This document shows positions 36,373 through 46,612 of a stretch of DNA of 64,000 nucleotides, piece by piece (the first letter of the stretch is position 1; each line of letters starts with the position of its first letter). The position numbers and the translations under genes were made by a program. The notes under the pieces are model-generated. The model was not told where the DNA came from. It saw only the letters and a program-made list of their open reading frames with translations, and did not search any database. Origin of the DNA: an uncultured Verrucomicrobiota bacterium (lineage in GTDB: Bacteria; Verrucomicrobiota; Verrucomicrobiia; Opitutales; Intestinicryptomonadaceae); NCBI GenBank assembly GCA_949287395.1, contig CASEFZ010000058.1:510-64509 (forward strand). The letters are read 5' to 3'.

Positions 36373-36946
36373 GGGGGCGCATTGCCCCCCCGAAAAGTTT
36401 CCTAAGAAAACGCCGACATTCCCCAAAAAATATGGGGCGCGGCGCTTTTTGGTTCTTTGCGCAAAGTGCGCAAAGGGCTAAAAATTGTGGAACGGTAAGA
36501 GATAACGCCATTTTTTATTTAGGCGTTTTTGCAGATTTCCCGCGCCGATAGGATCGGCCCGAAGCGTGCCGGAAAAATGGACACAATGCTTGCAACCCTG
36601 CCGCGCATTGGCGAAAGCGGCCGTTTAAGAACCGCAAATCTGCCCGGCTCTTTCCTTAAAAAAAAGCGCAATGTACACGCTGGGACGAGATTTGCCCAAG
36701 ACGCCCACACGCCAATCCGAATAAAAAAGCCGGACGCTTGATATATTGAGGCAATACCCCCAAAAAGAAGGCATGCCGCCCCCAAAATCTGCATGCAACG
36801 GCCGAATTTCACAAAACTGCGCCCGAAGCAAAAATTATTAGAAAAACCTGCCGCGCGCGGGCTGAAAGCAATCTGAACGAGGGGGCACTTTGGGGTTAAA
36901 ATCTTGACATATAAAATTACGACAATTTGATTTGTTTTTTATAAAT

Positions 36947-38704
36947 ATGGCTTCGGGTGCAAATAACGAATTTGAGCTGAAAGGTCTGTCCGTGTCTAAG
37001 GGAATAGCCCACGGAGAGGCTTTTGTCATGCTCAATACGGATTTTAAAGTGCCCGTATACGAGATAAAGCCTTCAGACAAAGAGCGCGAGCGCGAACGCC
37101 TGCAAACGGCAATAATAAGAGCCCGCGAAGACATATTGAAGGTCAAGGCGGAATTGTCGGAGAGTGTAGGAGAGGCCGAGGCCGCAATTTTCGACGCCCA
37201 CCTGCTTGTCCTTGAAGATGTTGCAATACTCCAAGAGACCTTCGGCATGCTTGAGCGCGAAAACTTCAATGTTGAGTATTGCTACAGCTGCGCCGTAGAC
37301 AAGTTTATAGGGGCTTTTGAAAAGATAGACGATCCCTTCATAAGGGAGCGCATAGCCGATTTAAAAGACGTTTCAAAGAGGGTAATAGACAAGATGCTTG
37401 GGCGCTCCACGCTAAATATGGGGATTTTGAGCGACCCTCTCATACTTGTCAGCTCCGATTTTGCCCCGTCCGACTTCGCCCTTGTCGACAAGAGCAAAAT
37501 TCTTGCCATAATAACCGAGAAGGGGTCTCAAACAAGCCACACTGCCATACTTTCGCGCTCGCTTGGTATACCGTGCATAGTTGGCGTTGAGGGCGTGGCC
37601 GAAAAGGTTTCAACCGGCCAATTCCTGCTGGTTGACGGATACAATGGAAACATAGTAGCCAATCCCACAGAGAATACCCTGCGCCATTACACGGAGCTTG
37701 AGTCCGTGCATCGCGAGGTTCAAAAACTTTTCGACAGCGCCCTGCCCATGCCGTCGTCAACGCTGGACGGCGAGCAGTTTGAGCTTTTCATAAACATAAG
37801 CGGCGCTGCCGACATTCCCCAGGCTATGGAAAACTATGCCGGTGTCGGGCTTTTCAGGACGGAAAATTTCTTTTTGGACATGGGAGCCTTCCCCGACGAA
37901 GACGCCCAATACGAGGCCTACGCCGCCGCAGTAAAAGCGGCCAAAGGTAAGCCGGTTGTGATAAGGACACTCGACTTGGGCGGCGATAAGAACTTGAGCC
38001 TAATGAAGATGGTCAACAAAGAGGAAAACCCCTTCATGGGCTATAGAGCCATACGTTTTTGCCTGGACCACAAAGACTGCTTTAAGCAGCAGCTGAGGGC
38101 AATTCTGAGAGCCGGCGCGCTGGGACCTGTGAAAATTCTGCTTCCAATGATATGTTCCATTCGCGAAGTTGAGCGGGCGCGGGGAATGATTGAGGAGGCA
38201 AAAGAGGATCTTCGCAAGGAAGGAAAAGCTTTCGACAGCAATATACAAGTTGGCTCAATGATAGAGGTGCCAAGCGCCGCTTTGACTATAGATATAATAG
38301 CAAAAGCAAGCGATTTTATCAGCATAGGCACCAACGACTTGATACAATACATATTGGCGGTGGACCGGGTCAACGACATGGTTGCGCATTTGTACGAGCC
38401 AACCCACCCTGCCGTCATAAGGATAATAGACCACGTTGTGCGACGCGCGCAGCAGGCGGGCATTCCCGTAAGCGTTTGCGGAGAGCTGGCGGCAGACCCA
38501 ACTTTTTGCTCGCTGCTGCTCGGAATGGGAATAAGGCAGTTCAGCATGTCGGCGAAATCCGTGGGGGAGATAAAGTATCTTTTGCGCAAGATAAGCCTGA
38601 AGCAGGCCGTAGATCTGAGAAACGATGTTATGGCTTTGACGCGTTCGCGTCATGTAATAAGCAGGCTAAGGTCTTTCCATTACGAAATAATGCAATCTAA
38701 ATAG
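36947..38704 (+). CDS. ptsI: Phosphoenolpyruvate-protein phosphotransferase (PTS Enzyme I)
   Basis: GSQTSHTAILSRSLGIPCIVG (active-site His), IGTNDLIQY and CGELAADP. The ATG at 36947 was chosen over the TTG at 36932. Confidence 0.95.
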   Translation: MASGANNEFELKGLSVSKGIAHGEAFVMLNTDFKVPVYEIKPSDKERERERLQTAIIRAREDILKVKAELSESVGEAEAAIFDAHLLVLEDVAILQETFGMLERENFNVEYCYSCAVDKFIGAFEKIDDPFIRERIADLKDVSKRVIDKMLGRSTLNMGILSDPLILVSSDFAPSDFALVDKSKILAIITEKGSQTSHTAILSRSLGIPCIVGVEGVAEKVSTGQFLLVDGYNGNIVANPTENTLRHYTELESVHREVQKLFDSALPMPSSTLDGEQFELFINISGAADIPQAMENYAGVGLFRTENFFLDMGAFPDEDAQYEAYAAAVKAAKGKPVVIRTLDLGGDKNLSLMKMVNKEENPFMGYRAIRFCLDHKDCFKQQLRAILRAGALGPVKILLPMICSIREVERARGMIEEAKEDLRKEGKAFDSNIQVGSMIEVPSAALTIDIIAKASDFISIGTNDLIQYILAVDRVNDMVAHLYEPTHPAVIRIIDHVVRRAQQAGIPVSVCGELAADPTFCSLLLGMGIRQFSMSAKSVGEIKYLLRKISLKQAVDLRNDVMALTRSRHVISRLRSFHYEIMQSK

Positions 38705-38712
38705 GCGGTCTC

Positions 38713-40134
38713 ATGGGCGGTTTTTGCGCGGAGATGTTGGCGGATTTAAAGTCTGCCGGGATTGAATACAGCCTTGGCCAGGAGGCGCTATTTTCTGTAT
38801 CGCTCGACCACATGAGATACAGTTCTCCGCCGGAGTGCGCCGTGTTTGCAAAGCGCGCAGAGGATATAGGGAATACCCTTAAAATATGTTCAAGATATGT
38901 CTGCCCGGTGACAGTGAGGGGTTCCGGAACGGGGTGCGCGGCCGGATGCGTTCCGTTTTGCGGCGGGATAGTGCTTGATGTAAGCGGAATAAATTTCATA
39001 GAGATAGATCCCGCTTCGAGGACCGCCCATGTGGGGGCGGGCGCGGTGACTGCCGACGTTGATGCGGCCGCGGCCAAACACGGCCTAATGTACGCCCCAG
39101 ATCCATCGTCGCACAAATATTGTTCCATAGGAGGCAACATATCTTGCAATGCGGGGGGACTCAGGGCGGCAAAGTACGGGGTCACCCGCGACAATGTGCT
39201 GGCGCTGGCGGCCTATCTGGCCGACGGCTCAGAAATAACCTGCGGCTTGCCGTTGAAAAAATTCAGCGCCGGGCCAAACCTGCGCGATTTGTTCATAGGC
39301 AGCGAGGGAACGCTTGGGGTGGTGAGCCAGGCGTGGCTTAGGCTTTTGCCGAGGCCGCAAGAGAAGGCGGCCGCGCTCGCCTTTTTTGCCGGGGACGAGA
39401 AAGGCTTTGAAGGCATAAAAGCCGTAATGCGCTCTCCTCTTGAGCCGGCAGTGTTGGAATTCATGGACACGGAAACGGTGGACTGCGTGCGGCGCCGCGA
39501 CGCAAGCTTGCAGATACCGGAAAAGTCTTGCGCGCTTCTGGCGGAGTTTGACGGAGCGGGCGCTACGGGCCAAGCAGAACACTTTGCTGAAATTCTTGGG
39601 AAAATTCCAGGCGCAACGGCGCGGGCCTCCAAAAACGAAGCCGAGGCCGAGGCTTTTTGGCGCGTCAGGCGCGCGGCGTCGCCGGCAATGTACGGGCTCG
39701 CCAACACAAAAATCAGCCAGGACATAGTATTGCCATTCGCGCGCGTGGGGGAATTTTTTGAATTTTTCAAAAAGCTGGGAAGGCAATCCGGGCTTCACAC
39801 GCCGATTTTTGGGCACGCGGCCGACGGGAACTACCACATACACTTCATGTACGACGGCAACATACCCGGAGAGCGCGAGCGCGCCCAACAGGGAATGGAC
39901 GCAGCCGTCATAAAGGCGGTGGAACTCGGCGGGGCTGTTTCGGGGGAACATGGGATAGGGGCTCTAAAGGCAAAATACATGGCGCTGCAGCATTCTCCCA
40001 AAGAGCTTGAGACAATGCGAAAGATAAAGGAGGCTTTAGACCCGCTAAACATTCTAAATAGGGGCAAGGTTTATTTTCCCCAGGATCTGAGCGCCTACAC
40101 ACCTCTAAAGGGCGTAAAACTTCCATGGGATTGA
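38713..40134 (+). CDS. FAD-linked oxidase (GlcD / D-lactate dehydrogenase family)
   Basis: 473 aa. VTVRGSGTGCAGG FAD-binding region and C-terminal SGEHGIGALK motif. It starts 9 nt after the ptsI stop. Confidence 0.85.
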   Translation: MGGFCAEMLADLKSAGIEYSLGQEALFSVSLDHMRYSSPPECAVFAKRAEDIGNTLKICSRYVCPVTVRGSGTGCAAGCVPFCGGIVLDVSGINFIEIDPASRTAHVGAGAVTADVDAAAAKHGLMYAPDPSSHKYCSIGGNISCNAGGLRAAKYGVTRDNVLALAAYLADGSEITCGLPLKKFSAGPNLRDLFIGSEGTLGVVSQAWLRLLPRPQEKAAALAFFAGDEKGFEGIKAVMRSPLEPAVLEFMDTETVDCVRRRDASLQIPEKSCALLAEFDGAGATGQAEHFAEILGKIPGATARASKNEAEAEAFWRVRRAASPAMYGLANTKISQDIVLPFARVGEFFEFFKKLGRQSGLHTPIFGHAADGNYHIHFMYDGNIPGERERAQQGMDAAVIKAVELGGAVSGEHGIGALKAKYMALQHSPKELETMRKIKEALDPLNILNRGKVYFPQDLSAYTPLKGVKLPWD

Positions 40135-40445
40135 GCCGGCCAGAAGGTTGCCGCTGTAAAGCGGCTGGGGTGAAAGAATAAAAATCTTTTAGGAGAGAGG
40201 CAAATTTTTCCGCATTGGAAGCGGAAAGGCCAACTCTGAAGGAAAAGCTTTTGCGAAAATTCTTTTGGAGGGCAAGCTGCCGCCTGCTATTTTTTCCAGA
40301 TACAAAGTAAGTTTTGGCAAGCTCAAAAAGACGCCTTTCCGGTGCGGGAAAAAACTTCCTGACGCGCGACAATTTTGCAAGGCAGGTTTTGGCAAGGGAA
40401 AGGAAATGTGCGCGCAATCCCGATAGACAAAGCCGCGCACGGAAT

Positions 40446-41948
40446 TTATCGCGGAAGGTTTATTTCAACTTCGGCCCACTCAAGGGTGCGGGCGGAACCG
40501 CCAAGCTGCGATATCTCCAGCAAATTTGCGCCGTCCTTGGCCGCAGACCTATCGAATCCAAAACGCACGCCCCGGCGCCCTTTTAGGACGGGATCGCACT
40601 CGACGACAAACTTGCACTTTTGGCCGTTGAGGATTGCAGAAAATTTAGATGTGTCGAAATCGGCCGCGTTTTTAAAGTCGACGCGCGCAGACACCGAGGC
40701 TGTGCGGGGAATTTTTGCGCATTGTATCTCCAAGCCGACCGGTTTGTCCAAAAGGCGCGGCAGCTGTTCGCATTTCTTCGACGTGTGCGGAACCTCCATG
40801 TAGTCGTGAAATGTAAGAACATGGCGGCGCGGCAAAGATTCCATGGCTGCCGGCGACCAGTCCGCGCGTATGACATCGGCAAAATGCCTGGAATAAACCA
40901 GATTGAATAAATATACCCCGTTGTCGAAACCCGCGTAAATCATGTTTGCCACCCACGCGTTGTACATGGGAACATCCATGTCCACCCTGCGCAATTTCAA
41001 AGCGGCGCAAACGCCGTTGTCGGCGGCGCACAGCAAGGGGGCTTTTAAACCGGCTTCGCGCCATTTTTTTGCGGACATGTCGAAGTCTGTGGACGAAAAA
41101 AAGCAGCTGGCTACAACTAAATCTACAAGCCCTTCTTTGTCCCACTCGACGGCGTCCATGCCCATCCATGCGCTCATTTGCGGATCTACCGGAACGCGCA
41201 CCCCGAGGCCGATTTTATGCCCCCGCCGCTTTTCAAACTCGGAAACTATGCCCTTTACGTCGCGCACAAAACCGGTTAGTGCGGAGCGCATTTGATAGGC
41301 CTTCTTTGGAGGAAGATGAAGGCAAAAGCGCATCCAGTCAAGCTCGAGCCCGTCGACATCGTAGCGCTCGAGAAGCTCGCGCACCAGCTTCTTTGAGAAG
41401 TTTCTCACCTCTTCTTTAGAGTAGTCAAACGCGAAGTCTGTCCATGCGCCGCCCGTGGCGCCGGGCACGCGCCACAAATGCGGATTATTCCGCCAAAATT
41501 CCATGTTGCGGAAATAGTTTTTTACCGTCGCAAAATGGACGTCGTTCATGCGCATGCTCATCCATGCGGATATGCCATTTTTGCGGCAACGCTTTACCCA
41601 TACTGAATACGGGTCTATGCCCGCATCAAAAAGCTTTTTGGCATTTCTGGGCCAAATATCGTCGGGGGCGCGGCCGCCGACATCGTCCCATATAGCCTCC
41701 CAAACAGAGGTTCGGTAGCTTGTGCGCTGTCCATTGGCGCACATAAAAAAGTGGGTGACATTAGTTTCGGACATGGAGTCGATATACTTTTCCAGAGCAT
41801 CAAGCGTCATTAGCGACGAATCCAGCTTGAAATAGTGGTCGTTGTCCTCGTTTATTACAAAGTAGTGCGCCGGAGCGTCGGCCAACGCGGAGCGCAGGCA
41901 AAAAAACAGCAAAATTAACGCCGCATGAGATAATTTCTTAAGCTCCAT
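40446..41948 (-). CDS. Secreted protein, TIM-barrel glycoside-hydrolase-like (family unassigned, tentative)
   Basis: Signal peptide from ATG 41948 (MELKKLSHAALILLFFCLRSALA). Strings such as GISAWMSMRMNDVH and DVDGLELDWMRF recall GH-like TIM barrels. The function is a guess. Confidence 0.6.
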   Translation of the reverse strand: MELKKLSHAALILLFFCLRSALADAPAHYFVINEDNDHYFKLDSSLMTLDALEKYIDSMSETNVTHFFMCANGQRTSYRTSVWEAIWDDVGGRAPDDIWPRNAKKLFDAGIDPYSVWVKRCRKNGISAWMSMRMNDVHFATVKNYFRNMEFWRNNPHLWRVPGATGGAWTDFAFDYSKEEVRNFSKKLVRELLERYDVDGLELDWMRFCLHLPPKKAYQMRSALTGFVRDVKGIVSEFEKRRGHKIGLGVRVPVDPQMSAWMGMDAVEWDKEGLVDLVVASCFFSSTDFDMSAKKWREAGLKAPLLCAADNGVCAALKLRRVDMDVPMYNAWVANMIYAGFDNGVYLFNLVYSRHFADVIRADWSPAAMESLPRRHVLTFHDYMEVPHTSKKCEQLPRLLDKPVGLEIQCAKIPRTASVSARVDFKNAADFDTSKFSAILNGQKCKFVVECDPVLKGRRGVRFGFDRSAAKDGANLLEISQLGGSARTLEWAEVEINLPR

Positions 41949-42400
41949 ATTCCAAGTCTTTCGTGGCCTTATTAATAATTTCCCATGGATGCGCAAGCTT
42001 AAAATATGGCGCTACGGCCTAAGAAAATCCGAACGCAGGCTGGCGCGGAAAGATTTTAGCCCATTCAAAAAGTCTTTTGCACTTGGGCTTTTCGACAATA
42101 TGCCCCTTGGGCGAGACTGCCGCAGAAAGCCTTGGCAAATTCTTTCAGGCGCAAATCTCGGGAGCGCAAAAACGAAACCGCAAAAAGAACTGCCGCAAAG
42201 GCTGCAAAACAGAACCGGTCCGCTACAAAAGCCGCGCAGAAAGGGTTAATATGGCATTGCGCCCGATTTCTTTTCGGGGAAAATGCGCTCAAAAAACTCG
42301 AAAAACTGCGGAGCAAAAAAAAGCTCCGCTTAAAAAAAATTTTAGATTTATGTTGACGAACCTTAAAAAAACGCATTTTGTGGCGAACTAAATTTATTGA

Positions 42401-42477
<77 letters not shown>

Positions 42478-42482
42478 TTTTG

Positions 42483-42509
42483 GCGCGGAGTTGTCCGCGC
42501 ATTTTTTTT
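42483..42509 (+). terminator. Rho-independent terminator after tRNA-Met
   Basis: 7-bp stem GCGCGGA/TCCGCGC with loop GTTG, then A followed by T8. Confidence 0.9.
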
Positions 42510-43049
42510 GTATTTTTTTGCGGCAAAAAACGCTAGGCAGTTGGGGCATGCAATTTGTTAAAAAAATGTCACCGCCCAAAACGGCGCATAAAACCGGTTT
42601 TTTTGGGAATTGAAAAATCACTTTCCAGTTTTTTTAAAAGCGGAATTTATGGGCGGCAAGAAATCTTCAAATTCCGCAAAACTTACAAAAAAATATTTTT
42701 CTGGATATGCCGGGAATGCCTTTCAATCCACAGGCTATCAACCTTATTTCAGGCGGGAATGCGCCCAAAATTCCCAAATGCTTTGGAAGTGAAGGCAAAT
42801 GCGCAAGCGCGCGCAGGCGGAACAAACAGCCCAAATATTCCAACGTTTCCCACGCATGGAAATTGCAAAGCCCCCTACCGCCAATGATTCCAAAGTTTGC
42901 CGGTGAAGGACGGGGATACCCGGCAACACCGCAACGCCGAAGGCGGCGCCGCAAATGAAGCGGGCCTTTCAAAGATTCCCAAATTCAGCTTTTTACTTGC
43001 GAGTTGCCCGCCGATGTTTTCTAATTTGGGATATTTTACCGTTTTAGAG

Positions 43050-44087
43050 ATGGAAAAGGAAATCAACGAAATTCTTGAAAACTTTCAGAAGAGGCTTCCC
43101 TCGGCAAACACCAAGGCCGAAGTTGCCCAAATAAGCGCCGAAATCACCGGCCCCAACGGGAGCCTCACGGCTCTGATGAAGGTTATCCCAACCCTGGACA
43201 AAGCCGAACGCCCGGCGGCAGGAAAGCTAATCAACCAGGCAAAGAGGCGCATAGAGCCCATGATAGCAGAGGCTTACGCAAGAATAGAGAGCGCGCAAAT
43301 GAGCGCCGCGCTGGGGCAAAAACCCGACATCTCAATGCCGAATTTTGACATACCGCGCGGCACGCTGCATCCGCTTACGCTTACAATCCGCCGCATAGCG
43401 TCCATACTGAAGAAGGCGGGCTTTACGGTTGCTGAAGCCAGCGATATGGAAACGGAGTGGTTTTGTTTCGACGCGCTGAACACGCCCTCGGACCACCCGG
43501 CAAGGGACGCCCAAGACACGCTTTTCATGCCGAAAGAGGCAAAGTTTTCCAACGTGTCAAAACATTCAGACGAGCTTTACCTGCTGCGCAGCCACACTTC
43601 AAGCGTGCAGATTCGCGCCATGCTTGCCGAGGGGGTTCCGCTCAAGATTATTGCCCCGGGACGCGCTTTTAGGCGCGACACCGTAGACGCGACACATTCG
43701 GCCAATTTCCACCAAATAGAGGGGCTGTACGTCGACAAAAACGTGCGCCTGACCGACCTTAAGGCAACGCTTGACTTCCTCTTTAGAAGCCTGTTCGGCG
43801 GAAGCGTAAAGACCCGCCTGCGCCCGAGCTTTTTCCCCTTTACAGAGCCGAGCTTTGAGGTTGACTTCATGAGCGCAGACATGGGCAAGCTCAGCAACAA
43901 GTGGATAGAGATAATGGGTTGCGGAATGGTAGACCCAAAAGTTTTGGAAAACGTGGGCATAGACGCGGAAAAATACAGCGGCTTTGCCTTTGGGCTCGGG
44001 GTTGAAAGGGTAGCCATGTTGGAGCATTCTATAGACGACATTCGCCACTTCTACGCCAACGACGTGCGTTTCCTGCGCCAATTCTAA
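43050..44087 (+). CDS. pheS: Phenylalanine--tRNA ligase alpha subunit
   Basis: DHPARDAQDTLF, class II motifs and GFAFGLGVERVAML. The ATG at 43050 (MEKEINEIL...) was chosen over the 51-codon upstream extension. Confidence 0.95.
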   Translation: MEKEINEILENFQKRLPSANTKAEVAQISAEITGPNGSLTALMKVIPTLDKAERPAAGKLINQAKRRIEPMIAEAYARIESAQMSAALGQKPDISMPNFDIPRGTLHPLTLTIRRIASILKKAGFTVAEASDMETEWFCFDALNTPSDHPARDAQDTLFMPKEAKFSNVSKHSDELYLLRSHTSSVQIRAMLAEGVPLKIIAPGRAFRRDTVDATHSANFHQIEGLYVDKNVRLTDLKATLDFLFRSLFGGSVKTRLRPSFFPFTEPSFEVDFMSADMGKLSNKWIEIMGCGMVDPKVLENVGIDAEKYSGFAFGLGVERVAMLEHSIDDIRHFYANDVRFLRQF

Positions 44088-44136
44088 ATTTGGCGGGCAG
44101 CAAAATTTATTTTGAAAATACAAACCGGATTTTGAG

Positions 44137-46581
44137 ATGAAAGTAAGTTTAGAGTGGTTGAAGAAGTACGTAAACCTGGACGGCATTTCCGCCGAGCAGA
44201 TAGCCGAAGCCCTGCCTATGCTGGGCCTCGAGGTTGAGAGCGTCGAAACAACCGGCATGAAGCAGCTGGACAAGGTTGTGGTGGGAGAGATACTCAGCAG
44301 GCAGGACCACCCCAACTCCGACCACCTTGGCGTTTGCATGGTTAAGGTTTCCCCCGACGGAGAGCCTATTCAGATAGTCTGCGGGGCGTCGAACTACAAG
44401 GTTGCCGACAGGGTTCCAGTGGCGCTTGAGGGCGCGGCGCTTCCGACGGAAGACGGCGGAACTTTCACGATAAAGAAGTCGAAGCTAAGGGGGGTTGAGA
44501 GCAACGGCATGATGTGCTCCGCGAGGGAGCTTGGACTGGGAAGCGACCACAGCGGCCTTCTGATTTTAACCCAGCGCCCCGAGATTGGCACGCCCATAAA
44601 CGATGTATTCCCAGATTCCGACACCGTATTTAACATAGAGATTACCGCCAACAGGGGCGACTGCCTTGGGCACATGGGGGTTGCAAGGGAATTGGCGGCA
44701 AAGTTTTCGCGCCAGCTGAAGACGCCGGAGCTGAAATACGAACCCGTCTATGCCGACAAGCCGGAGGGCGACATATTGGAATCGGTATCCATATCCACGC
44801 CGAACTGCCCGCTGTACACGGCGGCCGTCATAAAGGGCGTAAAGATAGGCCCGAGCCCCGAATGGATGCGCCGAGATCTTGAAGCGGCGGGATTGCGCCC
44901 GATAAACAACGTTGTAGACGTCACAAACTATGTGATGCTGGAATACGGGCAGCCCCTGCACGCATTCGACGCCCGCGATTTGAGGGGAAAAAGGATACAG
45001 GTGCGCGCCGCGGAACAAGGGGAGAAAATACAGACGCTCGACGGCAAAGAGTACGAGCTGACCCCCGAAGCCACCCTGATATGCGACGCCGAAGGCGGAG
45101 TTGCGGTTGCGGGGGTAATGGGCGGGCTAAATTCCGAAGTTAAGCCCGACACTTCCGACATAGTTTTGGAGTCGGCGTATTTCAAGCCCGGAAATGTTAG
45201 GGCCACTTCCCGCAGGTACGGGATAAGCACGGATGCGTCGTACCGCTACGCCCGCGATGTCGACCCGCAGGGCGTATTCGATGCCTCGAGGCGCGCCGCA
45301 GACTTGATTGTCGAGACTGCCGGGGGCACAATAGAAAAGACCACCTGCGTGGCGGGCAAGGCTCCGCGGGAAGGCAGAAACATAGAAATACAGCCCGGAT
45401 ATATTGCCGATAAAATCGGCTTTGAGGTGTCCGACAGCGATATTCGCGAATGTTTCGAGCGTCTTGGATTTGCGGTCTCAGACGCCGGAGACGGGCGAAT
45501 GAACGTGTTTGTGCCGTCTTTCAGGAGCGACGTAGACAGGCCAATAGATCTGGTGGAAGAGTTTGTGCGCGTGTGGGGCACTGAAAAAATACCGGAAAGC
45601 GATTTAAGCGGCTCTGTGTCCACGCGCGACGACGACCCCCTGTTCAGGTTCCAGTCGGCGGCGGCGGATTTCCTTTCGGCAAAGGGGTTAAACGAATGCA
45701 AGCACTACACGCTTGAAGATTCGCAAAAGCTCTCAAGAGTCCACGAGGGCGTGGAATTTTTGAAATTGGCAAATCCGCTGACAAGCGACCAAGACTGCCT
45801 TAGAACCTCGCTTGTGGACGGATTGCTGGACGTGGTATGGCTGAATTTGTCAAACGGCAATTCCTTTGCGGGATTTTTCGAGAACGGCAAAGTTTTTGCG
45901 CCCGACGCCACGGGAAATATTGCTGAAATAGCCTCTTGCGCGGTTGCGCTGCTTCCGGATTGCGGGGAGCGCAAATGGAACAAGCGCGAATGGGCGGACT
46001 TTTACGCGGTAAAGGCGATGGCTTTCGACATATTGTCGATACTTGGGGTAAACGCGCAAAACTTTTCTTTCAGGCCCCTTGCGGGAGGATTGTGGGAAGA
46101 CGGATTTGCGGCGCAGTTCGGCTCTGAAAGGAAAGAGGGATTCCGCGTCAATTTCGGCGCAATAAACGTAAATTTGCTGCGCGAGCGCGGGATAGAGAAA
46201 CCCGTGTGGGCGGCGGAAATACGCTTTATGCCGCAAGTGGCCGCGCGCAAGAAATCGGGCTCAAAATTCAAGCCTTTCAGCGCCTTCCCCGAGGCCGTGC
46301 GCGACGTTTCCGTAATGGCGCCGTCCGACAAACCCGCCGCCGAAGTGGCTTCCGAAGTTAAAAAAGCGGTAAAGGCCAAGCTTAAGGGAAAAGATTTCGA
46401 CGCCGAATATATAAACTTGTTTGACACCTACGCCGGCAAAGGCGTTCCGGAGGGTTTTAAGAGTTTGACTTTTGCGATAGCCTTCCGCGCCGCCGACAGG
46501 ACGCTGCAGGCCGAAGAGGTCAATGCGGTATTTGACGAGGCCTGCGCGGAGCTGGCGAAAAAATTCCCCGCGCGCGCATAG
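44137..46581 (+). CDS. pheT: Phenylalanine--tRNA ligase beta subunit
   Basis: 814 aa. MKVSLEWLKKYV N-terminus, tRNA-binding (OB) region, B3/4 and B5 pattern, and position directly after pheS. Confidence 0.95.
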   Translation: MKVSLEWLKKYVNLDGISAEQIAEALPMLGLEVESVETTGMKQLDKVVVGEILSRQDHPNSDHLGVCMVKVSPDGEPIQIVCGASNYKVADRVPVALEGAALPTEDGGTFTIKKSKLRGVESNGMMCSARELGLGSDHSGLLILTQRPEIGTPINDVFPDSDTVFNIEITANRGDCLGHMGVARELAAKFSRQLKTPELKYEPVYADKPEGDILESVSISTPNCPLYTAAVIKGVKIGPSPEWMRRDLEAAGLRPINNVVDVTNYVMLEYGQPLHAFDARDLRGKRIQVRAAEQGEKIQTLDGKEYELTPEATLICDAEGGVAVAGVMGGLNSEVKPDTSDIVLESAYFKPGNVRATSRRYGISTDASYRYARDVDPQGVFDASRRAADLIVETAGGTIEKTTCVAGKAPREGRNIEIQPGYIADKIGFEVSDSDIRECFERLGFAVSDAGDGRMNVFVPSFRSDVDRPIDLVEEFVRVWGTEKIPESDLSGSVSTRDDDPLFRFQSAAADFLSAKGLNECKHYTLEDSQKLSRVHEGVEFLKLANPLTSDQDCLRTSLVDGLLDVVWLNLSNGNSFAGFFENGKVFAPDATGNIAEIASCAVALLPDCGERKWNKREWADFYAVKAMAFDILSILGVNAQNFSFRPLAGGLWEDGFAAQFGSERKEGFRVNFGAINVNLLRERGIEKPVWAAEIRFMPQVAARKKSGSKFKPFSAFPEAVRDVSVMAPSDKPAAEVASEVKKAVKAKLKGKDFDAEYINLFDTYAGKGVPEGFKSLTFAIAFRAADRTLQAEEVNAVFDEACAELAKKFPARA

Positions 46582-46612
46582 CCCGCGGGCGGGAATTTGA
46601 AAGCGGACAGAT

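Noticed and set aside
36373-36946. Searched the gap upstream of ptsI for ptsH (HPr), and considered the 97-aa minus-strand ORF at 36519-36812 as a gene.
   Set aside because: No frame encodes an HPr-like GLHARPA/His15 context. The 97-aa ORF has no RBS or family motif and has Arg/Pro-rich segments. It might be a small membrane protein, but the evidence is insufficient.
42150-42245. Repeated GCAAA(A) A-tracts upstream of tRNA-Met, considered as phased curved DNA or a UP-like element.
   Set aside because: The A-tract spacings I measured (about 15, 14, 15, 9, 21 and 12 nt) are not in helical phase, so intrinsic bending is not supported.
42132-42356. A very basic 74-aa ORF (MANSFRRKSRERKNETAKRTAAKAAKQ...KGLIWH...) that superficially recalls ribosomal protein S20.
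   Set aside because: The start codon is TTG. All three plus frames are Lys/Arg-rich simply because the DNA is purine/A-rich. The S20-like C-terminal KG.IH.N.AAR motif is not reproduced, and the ORF runs through a stable hairpin (42308-42329). This is most likely non-coding DNA.
42510-43049. The 540-nt gap upstream of pheS, considered as a T-box or a Phe-rich leader-peptide attenuator.
   Set aside because: I saw no T-box conserved sequence or specifier/antiterminator arrangement. The Phe-containing upstream codons are in frame with pheS with no separate stop, so there is no pheM-like leader peptide.
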